Notes: generated by a model from the sequence alone, not told the origin. Counted from the stretch's first letter, positions 8,989-19,151 are shown. The stretch: 41,265 nt of DNA from Actinomycetota bacterium (GCA_013152275.1 JAADGS010000046.1:1-41265), one strand, 5' to 3'. Program-made: numbers and translations.

Positions 8989-10034
8989 ACACGAAGCTCG
9001 AAGCGACGCGACTCCCGGCCGGCTGGCTCGTGTTGGCCGGAGTCGCCGTCGCCGGGGCAGTGATCGTAGGGGTGTCGTTCGGTGCCGCCGATCTGTCGCT
9101 GGGGTCGATCTTGACCGAGTTCGTCAATCGGGTTCCCGGGATCCAACTCCACTCCGGTATGGGATCTGCGGAAGCAGCGGTCTTGTGGAAGATCCGGCTA
9201 CCGCGAGTCGTGTTGGGCCTCTTGGTGGGAGGGATGCTGGCGGTCGCAGGCAGTGCCTACCAAGGCGTGTTTCGGAATCCGTTGGCGGACCCTTATCTGC
9301 TTGGGGTGGCGGCGGGTGCCGGCTTGGGAGCAACGTTGGCCTTTGTGTACGGGGCGGGTTCGGGTGGTTTCCACGCGACGCTGCTGCCGGTGGCAGCGTT
9401 CGCGGGATCGATGATCGCTGTATCGGTCACCTACATGACCGGTTCGGGCGGCCGTGGCGGAACGTCGACGGCCTCTTTGATCCTTTCGGGGGTGGCAGTG
9501 GCCGCGATGTTGACCGCTGCCCAAACGTATCTTCAGCTCCGCCACACCGAGGTGCTGCGTGACGTTCTGTCGTGGGTGCTGGGGCGACTGTCGACGGCAG
9601 GCTGGCGCGAGGTGATCATCCTTCTCCCCTATGTCGTGGTCAGTGCGGGAGCTCTCGTATTGTCGCGCCGGGCACTCGATGTGCTGGCGCTCGGCGTCGA
9701 GGAGGCGTCGGCGCTGGGAGTCAATGTTCGGCAAGTCCGCATCGCAGTGTTGCTCTTCGCCAGTCTCGGTACGGCCGCGGCAGTTTCGGTGAGCGGGCTC
9801 ATCGGGTTTGTGGGCATCATCGTGCCTCACGCGGTCAGGATGGCTGTCGGTACGAGCTACCGCCGCATCATTCCACTTTCGTTGTTCGCGGGTGCTGCCT
9901 TTCTGGTGCTCGCGGACGTCATCGCACGATCGTTGATGTCTCCCGCGGAACTGCCGATCGGGGTGGTCACCGCGTTCGTGGGCGGCCCGTTCTTCTTGGT
10001 CGTGTTGCGTTCAACCCGGAAGGCGCTGTTGTGA
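8985..10034 (+). CDS. btuC: FecCD/BtuC-family ABC permease
   Basis: IRLPRVVLG, QGVFRNPLADPYLLG, ELPIGVVTAFVGGPFF. Confidence 0.9.
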   Translation: MNTKLEATRLPAGWLVLAGVAVAGAVIVGVSFGAADLSLGSILTEFVNRVPGIQLHSGMGSAEAAVLWKIRLPRVVLGLLVGGMLAVAGSAYQGVFRNPLADPYLLGVAAGAGLGATLAFVYGAGSGGFHATLLPVAAFAGSMIAVSVTYMTGSGGRGGTSTASLILSGVAVAAMLTAAQTYLQLRHTEVLRDVLSWVLGRLSTAGWREVIILLPYVVVSAGALVLSRRALDVLALGVEEASALGVNVRQVRIAVLLFASLGTAAAVSVSGLIGFVGIIVPHAVRMAVGTSYRRIIPLSLFAGAAFLVLADVIARSLMSPAELPIGVVTAFVGGPFFLVVLRSTRKALL

Positions 10035-10828
10035 CCGCCCTGTCCGTGGAGTCTCTCTCGGTTGCGTTTGGGGACGCGATCGTGCTGGACGATGTCTCCT
10101 TCGAAGTCGGGCCGGGCGAGTGGCTGACGGTGATCGGCCCCAATGGCGCCGGCAAATCAACGTTGCTGCTGGCGATCATGGGCTTGGTGAGCCATGGCGG
10201 GAAGGTGACCGTCGACGGTCACCATCGCTCGGATCTCAGGGGGAGGGAACTGGCAGGGAGGGTGGCATTCGTACCACAGCATCCGATGCGGCCCTCCGGT
10301 ATGCGCGTATTCGACTACGTCCTGTTGGGCCGGACACCACATCATTCGCTCTTCGCCACAGAATCGGAGAACGACCTCGATGCAACCCGCGAGGCTCTGG
10401 TCTTGCTCGATCTCGAGTCGCTGGCCGATCGGGACGTGTCGTCCCTGTCGGGCGGAGAGGCGCAACGGGCTGCTCTCGCCAGGGCGGTGGCGCAGCGGGC
10501 GCCGCTCGTGATCCTCGACGAGCCGAACAGTGCCCTCGACATCGGAAGGCAGCAGGAGGTGATGGGCATCATCGATGACATCCGGCACCTTCAGGGCCTG
10601 ACGGTGATCTCGACGTTTCACGACCTGGCTTTGGCCGGGCAATTCTCGGATCGCCTCGTGCTCCTGGACGACGGTCGAATCGTCGCGAGTGGCGACGCCC
10701 ACGACGTCTTGACCGAACCGATCATCGAGTCTGCCTATGGCGCGTCCGTGCGGGTGGTTTCGGAAACCGATGGGACGATCAGTGTCACTCCGCTGCGACG
10801 ACCTCGAATCGCAGAGGTGCGCCGATGA
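10031..10828 (+). CDS. btuD: ABC transporter ATP-binding protein
   Basis: Walker A GPNGAGKS, signature LSGGE, Walker B ILDEP; GTGA overlap. Confidence 0.9.
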   Translation: MTALSVESLSVAFGDAIVLDDVSFEVGPGEWLTVIGPNGAGKSTLLLAIMGLVSHGGKVTVDGHHRSDLRGRELAGRVAFVPQHPMRPSGMRVFDYVLLGRTPHHSLFATESENDLDATREALVLLDLESLADRDVSSLSGGEAQRAALARAVAQRAPLVILDEPNSALDIGRQQEVMGIIDDIRHLQGLTVISTFHDLALAGQFSDRLVLLDDGRIVASGDAHDVLTEPIIESAYGASVRVVSETDGTISVTPLRRPRIAEVRR

Positions 10829-11721
10829 GTGTGATTGTCGCCGGGATTGTGGACTGGTGGCTGGGTGAGGCACCGGCCGGCTGGCATCCCGTCCGGTGGA
10901 TGGGCAGATACTTGGAGAGAACCGGTTCCTGGATTCAACGCCCGGCGACCGACCGGGGAAAGCTGGTGGCAGGGGGAGCGGCTTGGCTGGGAGGGCTGAC
11001 CGGGGTGGCCGTTGCTGCGCTTGGAATCGACCGGTTCATCACTCGGCGGCTCCCCCCGGGCATGCAGGTGCTGATTCGAGGTCTGATCCTCAAGCAGATG
11101 CTGTCGCTTCGCCTGCTGCTGTTCGAGGTCCAGTCGGTCGAGACCGCTCTCGACGTCTCGGAGGAAGAAGGGCGTCGGCAGGTGAGACGGATCGTGAGTC
11201 GTGACACTGCACGATTGACGTCTGTCGAGGTGCGAGAGTCGGCGCTGGAGAGCCTGGCAGAGAACCTGGCGGACTCGGTGGTGGCCCCGATCTGGTGGTA
11301 CCTCGTGGCGGGATTGCCCGGCGCGATGGCCTTTCGGTATGTGAACACCGCGGATGCGATGTGGGGCTACCGCGGGGAGATGGAATGGCCCGGAAAAGTG
11401 GCGGCCGTCGCCGACGACATCGCCAACTTCGTTCCGGCGCGGATCACCGGGGTCCTCATCGGAGCCCCATCGGTCGGGCCGGGTCGGATCGGAGCGGAAG
11501 CGACCAAAGCGACGTCTCCCAACGGGGGATGGCCGATGGCCGCACTGGCTCTGCGGCTTGGCGTGCGCCTCTCGAAACCCGGTACCTACGTTCTGAATCC
11601 GGCCGGGCGTCCCCCGACACCCGGAGATACCCGAAGCGCGCTACGTATGGCCGCCGGGCGTTCGGCAGCCTGTCTGATGGCAGCCGCCTTGATGGAAGAG
11701 GCCGGCCGACGTGATCGGTGA
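10825..11721 (+). CDS. cbiB: Adenosylcobinamide-phosphate synthase (CbiB/CobD)
   Basis: HPVRWMG, ESLAENLADSVVAP, VNTADAMWGYR, SPNGGWPMAA. Confidence 0.92.
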   Translation: MSVIVAGIVDWWLGEAPAGWHPVRWMGRYLERTGSWIQRPATDRGKLVAGGAAWLGGLTGVAVAALGIDRFITRRLPPGMQVLIRGLILKQMLSLRLLLFEVQSVETALDVSEEEGRRQVRRIVSRDTARLTSVEVRESALESLAENLADSVVAPIWWYLVAGLPGAMAFRYVNTADAMWGYRGEMEWPGKVAAVADDIANFVPARITGVLIGAPSVGPGRIGAEATKATSPNGGWPMAALALRLGVRLSKPGTYVLNPAGRPPTPGDTRSALRMAAGRSAACLMAAALMEEAGRRDR

Positions 11722-12712
11722 CACTCACGGCGGAACCGACCTCGGGCCCGCGCCCCGGCTCGACTTCTCGACGAACGCCAATCCACTTGGACCGGATCCG
11801 CACGTGATGGCCGCCCTCCGAGACGTGAACGTCTCGGCGTATCCGGAACCGAGCTACACGGCGGTTCGTGGTCGCCTCGGTGCCTTCCACGAAGTCGACC
11901 CCGCGTGCGTCGTGGTGGGCGCAGGCGCTTCGGAGCTGATCCGCCGCCTGGTGACGTGGTGGTCCGGCCCGATCGTCGTCACGGATCCCACCTTCGGTGA
12001 ATACGCCGCGGCTGCATTTGCGGTAGGACGCCGAGTCATTACCGCGGGAGATGATGGTGACTTCCTTGCTGCGCTGGGCGGAGGTGCCCTCGGTTTCCTC
12101 TGCGTTCCCAACAATCCCGATGGCCGTCTGCCGCTCGAGGGGTTCGTCGAACAGGCCGCCGGGACCGCCGGCGCCTCGGGCGGCCTTCTCGTGATCGATG
12201 CCGCCTACGCGCCCTTCTGTTCACCTTGGCCGGTGTTGTCCTCCTCGGCGGTCGTGCTCCATGCACCGAACAAGGTCCACGGATGCACGGGGCTGCGCGC
12301 CGGCTACGCGGTCGTCCCTTCTCGGGAGATGGCGATCGAGCTGAGAAGGGTCGCTCCCTCGTGGGTCGTCGGCAACCACGGAGCATCGTTCCTGGCGGCA
12401 TCGGTGACGTCCCAGGCCCAGGAGTGGGTGAACGAGACAACCGGGACGCTGCGGACGTGGCGGGCCGATCTGGCAGACGGATTCCGGGTGCGAGGGTTTG
12501 CCGTGATCGAAGGGCCGGCGAACTTCCTGCTCGTCGATGTGGGGCACGCCGACACCGTGACCGAGACGCTGCGCGCCGACGGTCTCCGGGTGAGGTCATG
12601 CGTGTCGTTTGGCTTGCCCCGTCATGTGCGAATCGCCGCGCTTGCGCCCGAAGCCAACACCGAGCTGCTGGCCTCGGTCGATCGATCGGTACCTGGGGGA
12701 GTCACATCGTGA
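11711..12712 (+). CDS. cobD: L-threonine-O-3-phosphate decarboxylase (PLP class I/II aminotransferase fold)
   Basis: HGG..LDFSTNANPLG, PNNPDG, DAAY, K..G..GLRAGY; located in the cob operon. Confidence 0.8.
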   Translation: MIGDTHGGTDLGPAPRLDFSTNANPLGPDPHVMAALRDVNVSAYPEPSYTAVRGRLGAFHEVDPACVVVGAGASELIRRLVTWWSGPIVVTDPTFGEYAAAAFAVGRRVITAGDDGDFLAALGGGALGFLCVPNNPDGRLPLEGFVEQAAGTAGASGGLLVIDAAYAPFCSPWPVLSSSAVVLHAPNKVHGCTGLRAGYAVVPSREMAIELRRVAPSWVVGNHGASFLAASVTSQAQEWVNETTGTLRTWRADLADGFRVRGFAVIEGPANFLLVDVGHADTVTETLRADGLRVRSCVSFGLPRHVRIAALAPEANTELLASVDRSVPGGVTS

Positions 12713-14121
12713 GGGCGCTCATGGTCCAGGGATGCACCAGTTCGGCGGGCAAGAGCCTCCTGGTGACGGCGCTCGCCCGCATCTACCGGCGCCGGGGCTT
12801 CTCCGTCGCACCATTCAAGGCGCAGAACATGTCGAACAACGCCCGGGTGGTCGCCGGCGGTGAGATCGGTGTTGCCCAATGGCTCCAAGCGATCGCCGCG
12901 GGGGTTCCTCCGGACGTCCGCATGAACCCGATTCTGGTCAAACCCGAACGAGAGGGAAGCCAGGTGGTCGTCGATGGACAGGTGGATTTCGAAGTCTCCA
13001 ACTTGCCGTGGCGCGACCGATCGCCTCGGGTGTGGCCCGCAGCCCGGCAGGCACTTCACTCCCTGCTCGAGGAGTACGCACTCGTTCTGATGGAAGGTGC
13101 CGGAAGCCCGGCCGAATTCAATCTGTGGGAGAGCGATATCGCCAACATGCGATCAGCGGAGGAGGCGGACGCCGCAGTACTGCTGGTGGTCGACATCGAT
13201 CGAGGTGGTGCATTCGCGCACCTGTATGGGACGTGGCTGTTGCTTCCGGAACCGCAGAGGGAGAGGATCGTCGGGTTCATCCTCAATCGGTTCCGGGGAG
13301 ATGCCTCGCTCCTGGCACCCGCCCCCGAACGAATCGAGGAGATGACGGGAGTCCCGGTGCTGGGCGTCGTACCTTGGATCGCCCACGGACTTCCCGACGA
13401 AGACAACGCTTCGCTCATCGGGCGGAAAGCGACAGGACGCCGACACCGTGTGACGATTGTTCGTTGGCCCACCATCTCGAACTTCGACGAGTTCTCGACG
13501 ATGGCCGGCTTGACCGATGTCATCTGGGCGGAAGATCCGCACGATCTCGAAGGTTCCGATCTCATCATCCTGCCCGGTTCCAAGCATGTCACCTCCGACC
13601 TCGAATGGTTCCGCCGGCGCGGATTCGAACAGGCGCTGGCGGCCGAAGCAGACAAAGGGACACAGATCGTGGGGATCTGTGGCGGGTTGCAGATGCTGGG
13701 GCAAAGGCTTCGCGACCCGAATGGCATCGACGGCGAAGCAGACGGCCTGGGACTCCTCGAAATCGAGACGATCTTCGAGCACGACAAGATCCTCACCGCC
13801 GAGAGCGGCGTCTTTGGCACCTGTCCGGAACCTTGGGAGAAGCTGTCCGATCGCAGCTTCACGGGATATGAGATCAGGCAAGGGAGGTCTGTTGCGGTCG
13901 GGTCGGTGGTCGAGGTACTGCCCCGCGGGCTCGGATATGCCTCCGGCAATGTCCTCGGACTGTACGTGCACGGTGTCTTCGAATCGTCGGACGTGTTGCA
14001 GGGACTCTTGGGCGTAGCCCCGGAGGGGTCACTGGAAGAGGAAATCGACATCGTGGCGGATCATTTCGAACGGTCACTCGACATGACGCGCATCGATGAG
14101 ATTCTCGGAGTGGCGCGATGA
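12709..14121 (+). CDS. cobQ: Cobyric acid synthase
   Basis: VQGCTSSAGKS, PFKAQNMSNN, EGAGSPAE, DIDRGG; glutaminase GICGGLQMLG and YVHG. Confidence 0.95.
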   Translation: MRALMVQGCTSSAGKSLLVTALARIYRRRGFSVAPFKAQNMSNNARVVAGGEIGVAQWLQAIAAGVPPDVRMNPILVKPEREGSQVVVDGQVDFEVSNLPWRDRSPRVWPAARQALHSLLEEYALVLMEGAGSPAEFNLWESDIANMRSAEEADAAVLLVVDIDRGGAFAHLYGTWLLLPEPQRERIVGFILNRFRGDASLLAPAPERIEEMTGVPVLGVVPWIAHGLPDEDNASLIGRKATGRRHRVTIVRWPTISNFDEFSTMAGLTDVIWAEDPHDLEGSDLIILPGSKHVTSDLEWFRRRGFEQALAAEADKGTQIVGICGGLQMLGQRLRDPNGIDGEADGLGLLEIETIFEHDKILTAESGVFGTCPEPWEKLSDRSFTGYEIRQGRSVAVGSVVEVLPRGLGYASGNVLGLYVHGVFESSDVLQGLLGVAPEGSLEEEIDIVADHFERSLDMTRIDEILGVAR

Positions 14122-14669
14122 CCTCTCCCTCGTCCGGCAAGCCCCTTCACCGTTCTGCATCCCGAGTCCTGGTCAACACAGGCCACGGGAAAGGCAAGAC
14201 CTCGGCTGCCATGGGTGTCATGATCCGCGGAGTTGCCCGGGGGTGGAACGTCGCCGTAGTTCAGTTCATCAAGTCGGCTGACCGTCCGACCGGTGAAGCG
14301 AAGATAGGCGAGAGGCTCGGCGTCGACTGGTACACCCTTGGCGATGGCTTCACCTGGCGGTCCCAGGACCTGGACCGCAGCGCCGCCCTCGCCCGCGCCG
14401 GGTGGGAGAAGGCCCGGGCGCTCATCGAGGAGGGAAACCACGAACTGGTGATCCTCGACGAGATCACCTACCCGCTCAACTGGGGTTGGATCCCCGTGGA
14501 GGAAGCGGTGGAGACGATTCGCCAACGCCCCGGCAAGGTGAACGTCATCATCACGGGACGGGATGTTCCCTCCGAGATCATCGACATCGCGGACACCGTC
14601 ACCGAGATGTGCAAGGTGAAACATGCCCACGACCATGGCATTCGCGCCAAGAAAGGTATCGAATACTGA
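14118..14669 (+). CDS. cobO: Cob(I)yrinic acid a,c-diamide adenosyltransferase
   Basis: TGHGKGKTSAAMG, VQFIK, LDEI, ITGR, C-terminal KKGIEY. Confidence 0.95.
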   Translation: MTSPSSGKPLHRSASRVLVNTGHGKGKTSAAMGVMIRGVARGWNVAVVQFIKSADRPTGEAKIGERLGVDWYTLGDGFTWRSQDLDRSAALARAGWEKARALIEEGNHELVILDEITYPLNWGWIPVEEAVETIRQRPGKVNVIITGRDVPSEIIDIADTVTEMCKVKHAHDHGIRAKKGIEY

Positions 14670-15202
14670 TGAGCCTCACCGTGATCCTTGGTGGTGCCCG
14701 TTCGGGGAAGAGCGGCATGGCGCAGCGCCTGGCCCGGGCGACCGGTCGCCCGGTCGTCTTCCTGGCCACCGCGACGGCCGGAGACGACGAGATGGCAGCC
14801 AGAATCGAACGGCACCGCCGTGAACGGCCCACCGACTGGGTGGTCATCGAAGAGCCGGTCGACCTTTCCGGCACGCTCGAGAGGATCGATGGTGAAGACA
14901 CCGTCATCATCGACTGTGTGACGTTGTGGTTGTCCAACGTGTTGGGAATCGGTTGGAGCGAACCGACGATTCTCGCCGGCGCAGCGGAGACTGCCCAACG
15001 GGCGGGAACCCGGCCGGGAGAGACGATCGTTGTGTCAAACGAAGTGGGGATGGGCGTGGTCCCGGTGACTCCACTCGGGAGGAGCTTTCGGGATCTCGCC
15101 GGCCGGGTCAATCGAACGTGGGTCGACGCCGCAGACCGGGCCGGTCTGGTAGTGGCAGGCCGAGTCCTTCCCCTGCTGATGCCGTTGAAGTGGGACGAGT
15201 AG
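14669..15202 (+). CDS. cobU: Bifunctional adenosylcobinamide kinase/guanylyltransferase
   Basis: GGARSGKS, RIERHRRER, DCVTLWLSN, SNEVGMG; TGATG coupling. Confidence 0.95.
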   Translation: MSLTVILGGARSGKSGMAQRLARATGRPVVFLATATAGDDEMAARIERHRRERPTDWVVIEEPVDLSGTLERIDGEDTVIIDCVTLWLSNVLGIGWSEPTILAGAAETAQRAGTRPGETIVVSNEVGMGVVPVTPLGRSFRDLAGRVNRTWVDAADRAGLVVAGRVLPLLMPLKWDE

Positions 15203-15229
15203 ACGATCCGAACAGGAGCACGAGACGAA

Positions 15230-16228
15230 ATGAACAGCGCAACCCTCACTGGTCTGCTGGCCGAAGCGCCACAGCCGGACTCTGATGCGGCCGCGGCGGT
15301 GGCGGCCCGGGTCGCCGACATCCTTCGCCCGAAGGGTGCCCTCGCCCGACTGGACGACATTGCCGTCTGGCTGGCGGGTTGGCAACGCTCGAGCCGCCCC
15401 GCGGTGAAGAGCCCCGCAGTGCTGCTCTTCGCCGGCGACCACGGGGTGTGCGTCGATGGGGTGAGCGCCTATCCCGCCGAGGTCACCGGGGCAATGTGCC
15501 ATGCGATGCGCTCCGGGGTGGCAACGGTGACAGCGATGGCGGGCACCCTCGACGCGACGGTTGAATTGATCGACGTGGGAGTCGGCAAACCCACCGGCAA
15601 TCTGCGAGTCGAGCCGGCGATGTCGGAGGAACGGTTTGGGGAAGCCTTCGGGGCGGGCCGTGCTGCGGTCGCGCGGATCGAGACAGACTTGCTCGTGCTT
15701 GGCGAGATGGGGATCGGCAACACGACCGCAGCCGCCACGATCGCCGCGGCGGTCACCGGAAGCGATCCAAGTCTTTGGGTCGGCTCGGGAACCGGGGTGA
15801 ACAGCCGGGCACTCGAGGGCAAACGAGCGGTTGTCTCCGAAGCGGTACGACGGATTGCCGACGTGACCGATCCCCTCGAGGTGCTGCGCCAGGTCGGGGG
15901 AACCGAGTTGGTGGCCATGGCCGGCGCGGCCGTTGAAGCCCGGCTCCGATCGATCCCGGTGTTGCTGGACGGCTACGTCGTGACCGCTGCCTTGTACCCA
16001 TTGGAGAAGGCGGTCCCCGGCGCTCTCGATCACACCTTGGCCGGACACGTGTCGTCCGAACCGGGACACCGCAAGCTACTCGAGCTGCTCGGCAAGAAGC
16101 CGTTGCTCGATCTTGGGCTCAGGCTGGGGGAGGCGTCTGGTGCGCTGGCCGCTCTCCCGCTGGTCCGACTGGCTGCGGTCGTGGTAACCGACGTGGCCAC
16201 TTTCGCCGAGGTCGGGCTCGGCCGATGA
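15230..16228 (+). CDS. cobT: Nicotinate-nucleotide-dimethylbenzimidazole phosphoribosyltransferase
   Basis: FAGDHGV, GEMGIGNTT, GSGTG, LGLRLGEASGA. Confidence 0.95.
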   Translation: MNSATLTGLLAEAPQPDSDAAAAVAARVADILRPKGALARLDDIAVWLAGWQRSSRPAVKSPAVLLFAGDHGVCVDGVSAYPAEVTGAMCHAMRSGVATVTAMAGTLDATVELIDVGVGKPTGNLRVEPAMSEERFGEAFGAGRAAVARIETDLLVLGEMGIGNTTAAATIAAAVTGSDPSLWVGSGTGVNSRALEGKRAVVSEAVRRIADVTDPLEVLRQVGGTELVAMAGAAVEARLRSIPVLLDGYVVTAALYPLEKAVPGALDHTLAGHVSSEPGHRKLLELLGKKPLLDLGLRLGEASGALAALPLVRLAAVVVTDVATFAEVGLGR

Positions 16229-16992
16229 TCGGTCTGCGGCAGGCGATCGGGCTCCTCACTCGGGTTCCGGTGCGTGTCCCAGGGCCATCCGATGGTGTCC
16301 CGTCGGCCGGAGTGGCGTGGTTTCCGGCCGTCGGCATTCTGGTCGGCGCACTGGCGGGCGGGACATACGCTGCCGGTTTGCTGGTGATGCCGGCCCTTCC
16401 GGCAGCGGTCGCCGCAATAGCGATGGGGGTGCTCGTCACCGGTGCGCTGCATGAGGACGGCCTGGCCGACACCTGTGATGCTCTCGCAGGCGGGCAATCG
16501 CCGGAGCACCGGATGGAGATCCTCAAGGACTCTCGTCACGGCTCGTACGGCGTGCTGGCGCTGGTGCTCACGGTGGGCATGAGGGTGACGTTGGTGGGAT
16601 CACTGGGTGCCGGTTCCGGAATGGTGGCCCTTGTGGTCGCCCACACACTGGGACGGGCACTGGTGGGAGTGGCCATGTTCGTTGGAAAACCGGCGGCGGC
16701 CGAAGGTCTGGGGGCTCGCTACCGGGCCGGACTGGGTGCTTCCCACGCCACGGTTGCAGGCGTCGGTGGTCTGCTCGTGGTGGTTGCCCTGCTCGGATGG
16801 CCCGGGCCGGCTGTGGTGTTGCTGGGAGCCCTGGCCGCGGCAGGGGTCTTGTGGTGGGCTCACGCACGGATCGGCGGGTTCACCGGCGACATTCTCGGTG
16901 CCATCGAACAGGCCGTCGAAGTGGTGTCCCTGGCAGCCGTCGTCGTGCTCGTCGGCAGCGTCAGGGCGGCTGTTCCCTGGTGGAGTACCTGA
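16225..16992 (+). CDS. cobS: Adenosylcobinamide-GDP ribazoletransferase (cobalamin synthase)
   Basis: TGALHEDGLADTCD, ILKDSRHGSYG, GGFTGDILGA. Confidence 0.95.
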   Translation: MIGLRQAIGLLTRVPVRVPGPSDGVPSAGVAWFPAVGILVGALAGGTYAAGLLVMPALPAAVAAIAMGVLVTGALHEDGLADTCDALAGGQSPEHRMEILKDSRHGSYGVLALVLTVGMRVTLVGSLGAGSGMVALVVAHTLGRALVGVAMFVGKPAAAEGLGARYRAGLGASHATVAGVGGLLVVVALLGWPGPAVVLLGALAAAGVLWWAHARIGGFTGDILGAIEQAVEVVSLAAVVVLVGSVRAAVPWWST

Positions 16993-17065
16993 TGCCTCGG
17001 GTCGAGCGGCAGCGAAAGGCCGTCGACCTGGACGCCGTGTCGGCGGATATGGGCGCCAATTCACC

Positions 17066-17578
17066 ATGAGTGCCGGGAACGTGACGATCTGGTTACTCCG
17101 GCACGGGGCGACGGAATGGACTGCCGACCATCGCCTGTGCGGGTGGTCCGATCCGCCACTCAACGATCTCGGGCGCAGCCAGGCTCGGGCCGTCCGTGGG
17201 CGGATCGGCGAGATCCGGCCCGAGTCGGTGTGGTCTTCCGACTTGGCCCGGTGCGTGGAAACCGCAGTGCTCGTCGGAGCCGGCCACCCACGGATCGACA
17301 CCCGGTTGCGGGAGTTCGATTTCGGACGATTGGAGGGACGTCGCTTCGAGGACCTGGACGAGGAAACGCGGCGTGGGCTCGCATCATTCGACGGTTTCGA
17401 AGCTCCGGGAGGCGAGACCGTCGATGCATTCGCCCGGCGAGTCGACGAGTTCATCGCCGAGCTCGAATACGGCCGCCATCTCCTGGTCACCCATGGAGGG
17501 GTCATCAGGCATCTCCTCCGCACAAAGGGGTTGGATCGGTCCATACCACCGGCAGGTCTCGAGATGATCGAAGTCTGA
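17066..17578 (+). CDS. cobC: Histidine phosphatase family protein (likely alpha-ribazole phosphatase)
   Basis: RHGATEW, SSDLARC, LREFDFG, VTHGGVI; last gene of the cob operon. Confidence 0.8.
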   Translation: MSAGNVTIWLLRHGATEWTADHRLCGWSDPPLNDLGRSQARAVRGRIGEIRPESVWSSDLARCVETAVLVGAGHPRIDTRLREFDFGRLEGRRFEDLDEETRRGLASFDGFEAPGGETVDAFARRVDEFIAELEYGRHLLVTHGGVIRHLLRTKGLDRSIPPAGLEMIEV

Positions 17579-17645
17579 AGTGGGAGGGAGAACACGCGAC
17601 GGAAGGCCGGTCGCTTCCGTGAGTGCCGATCTGGGAATGTCGCAG

Positions 17646-17755
17646 CACGAGGTTGAAGTTCGAGTCCCTCCGAGCGTGCCGCGGACCCCCTTGTAGCGCA
17701 AGAGGTCTTGGCCGAGATGGATGAGCGGGCCGTCTGACGTTCGGGAGCCATTCGC
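17646..17755 (+). repeat. att-like composite site copy 4 (anticodon loop and left arm lost)
   Basis: CACGAGGTTGAAGTTCGAGTCCCTCCGAGCGTGCCG (17646-17681) is nearly identical to copy 5. Followed by hairpin GACC..CTTG..CAAG..GGTC, ATGAGCGG and GACGTTCGGGAGCCATTCGC. Confidence 0.8.
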
Positions 17756-17925
17756 GCCGGCCATTCCGTGCGAAACATCGTCGGCCGCGAGCCTCGACTC
17801 CCGTCGTGACGTCCATGACCGACGGAGCCTTGGGTCTGACTGGATCCGTCCGGCGTTGAGCCGATCGAGCAGATTGTCGGCGAGCGTTGCCGGGTCGAAA
17901 CCGTCTTTCGCCAGTTCTGGTGGGC

Positions 17926-18414
17926 CTACGGGTATCGAATGCCGACTTCGGCCTCGATCTCCACCGGCATCCCAAACGGCAACGCCGCCATTCCCACGGC
18001 AGAGCGGGCATGTCGTCCCACCTCGGCTCCGAACACGTCGAGAATCACGTTGGAAAAACCGTTGATGACCGTCGGCTGCCGATCGAAACCCGGAGCCGAG
18101 TTGACCATGCCAAACACGCGCAGCCAGCCCGTGACTCGATCGAGGCTGCCAAGGGATCGCTGCAGCGAACCGAGCATCGACAGGGCCGTGAGACGGGCTG
18201 CCGCCACGGCCTCGTCAAGAGAGACGTTTCCGCCCACCTGGCCGAATGGCGGTGCCGGCGGGCCCTCCGGAGACTGAGGTCCATGTCCCGAGATCAGCGC
18301 CCGGTCGCCTCGGATGTTCACGAAACTGAATGGAAGTACCACGCCTGGCGGTGCCTGGATCTCAGGTGGCAGCTCCAATCCCAGTTCTATCAGCCGATCG
18401 TCTGTCTGTCCCAT
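17926..18414 (-). CDS. RidA/YjgF/YER057c/UK114 family protein
   Basis: ISGHGP, VINGFS, GRHARSAVGMAALPFGMPVEIEAEV. Confidence 0.9.
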   Translation of the reverse strand: MGQTDDRLIELGLELPPEIQAPPGVVLPFSFVNIRGDRALISGHGPQSPEGPPAPPFGQVGGNVSLDEAVAAARLTALSMLGSLQRSLGSLDRVTGWLRVFGMVNSAPGFDRQPTVINGFSNVILDVFGAEVGRHARSAVGMAALPFGMPVEIEAEVGIRYP

Positions 18415-18455
18415 GAGTCACCATCCTCAGCGAGCACTCGCGTCCGGTCTCCGAA

Positions 18456-19151
18456 CTAGCCAAACTTGGCCGCGAACTTGCCGGACGCCCCGGACAGCAG
18501 AGGTTTGCCATGCCCGAATACTGCGGCTTCGAATTCACGATCGGCCAGCTTGGCAAGGCTGGCCCTGGCGGTTGGGAGATCGTTGTAGCCGAGCATGTAG
18601 TTGAGTCCCATCAAGTTGGCAGCGGCATCTCCGGTGATCAGAAGCCCGCGGTCTCTCTTCCACAGCAGCGAAACGTGGCCGGCGGTGTGACCGGGCGTGT
18701 AGATGACCTCGATGCCTCCTGCGACGTTGATCAAGTCTCCGTCGTTGAGAGCGACGTCAGGATCGAAGGCCGGGAATTCGGCGGGTTTCCTCGGGATGAG
18801 CAACCGAAACAGAATGCCGGTGAGCAGACCCGGTCCTGCCTTCATCGTCTGGTGGATGATCCCGGCCCGGGCGATGTCACCGTCTGCTGGGTGCAGGCCG
18901 ATGGGCGTGGTCCCACCAGACAGGTGCTTGGCGCTCCCAAGGTGATCGGGGTGGGCGTGGGTGAGCAGAATGCTCGTGAGGTCGGAGGGCTCACGTCCGA
19001 TCGACCGGATGTCTTTCTCGAGCGCCTCGGCATGTTTGGGGAACCCGGCATCGATGAGTGTGAGACCGTCGTCGCCTTCGTCGATGAGGAACGCGTTGAT
19101 CCCTCCATTGCTCAGCTGATAGAGATCCGAAACGACTTCCTTGGCAGCCAC
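18456..19151 (-). CDS. MBL-fold metallo-hydrolase
   Basis: LIDAG, THAHPDHLG, TPGHTAGH, TGDA, FGHG. Confidence 0.9.
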   Translation of the reverse strand: MAAKEVVSDLYQLSNGGINAFLIDEGDDGLTLIDAGFPKHAEALEKDIRSIGREPSDLTSILLTHAHPDHLGSAKHLSGGTTPIGLHPADGDIARAGIIHQTMKAGPGLLTGILFRLLIPRKPAEFPAFDPDVALNDGDLINVAGGIEVIYTPGHTAGHVSLLWKRDRGLLITGDAAANLMGLNYMLGYNDLPTARASLAKLADREFEAAVFGHGKPLLSGASGKFAAKFG

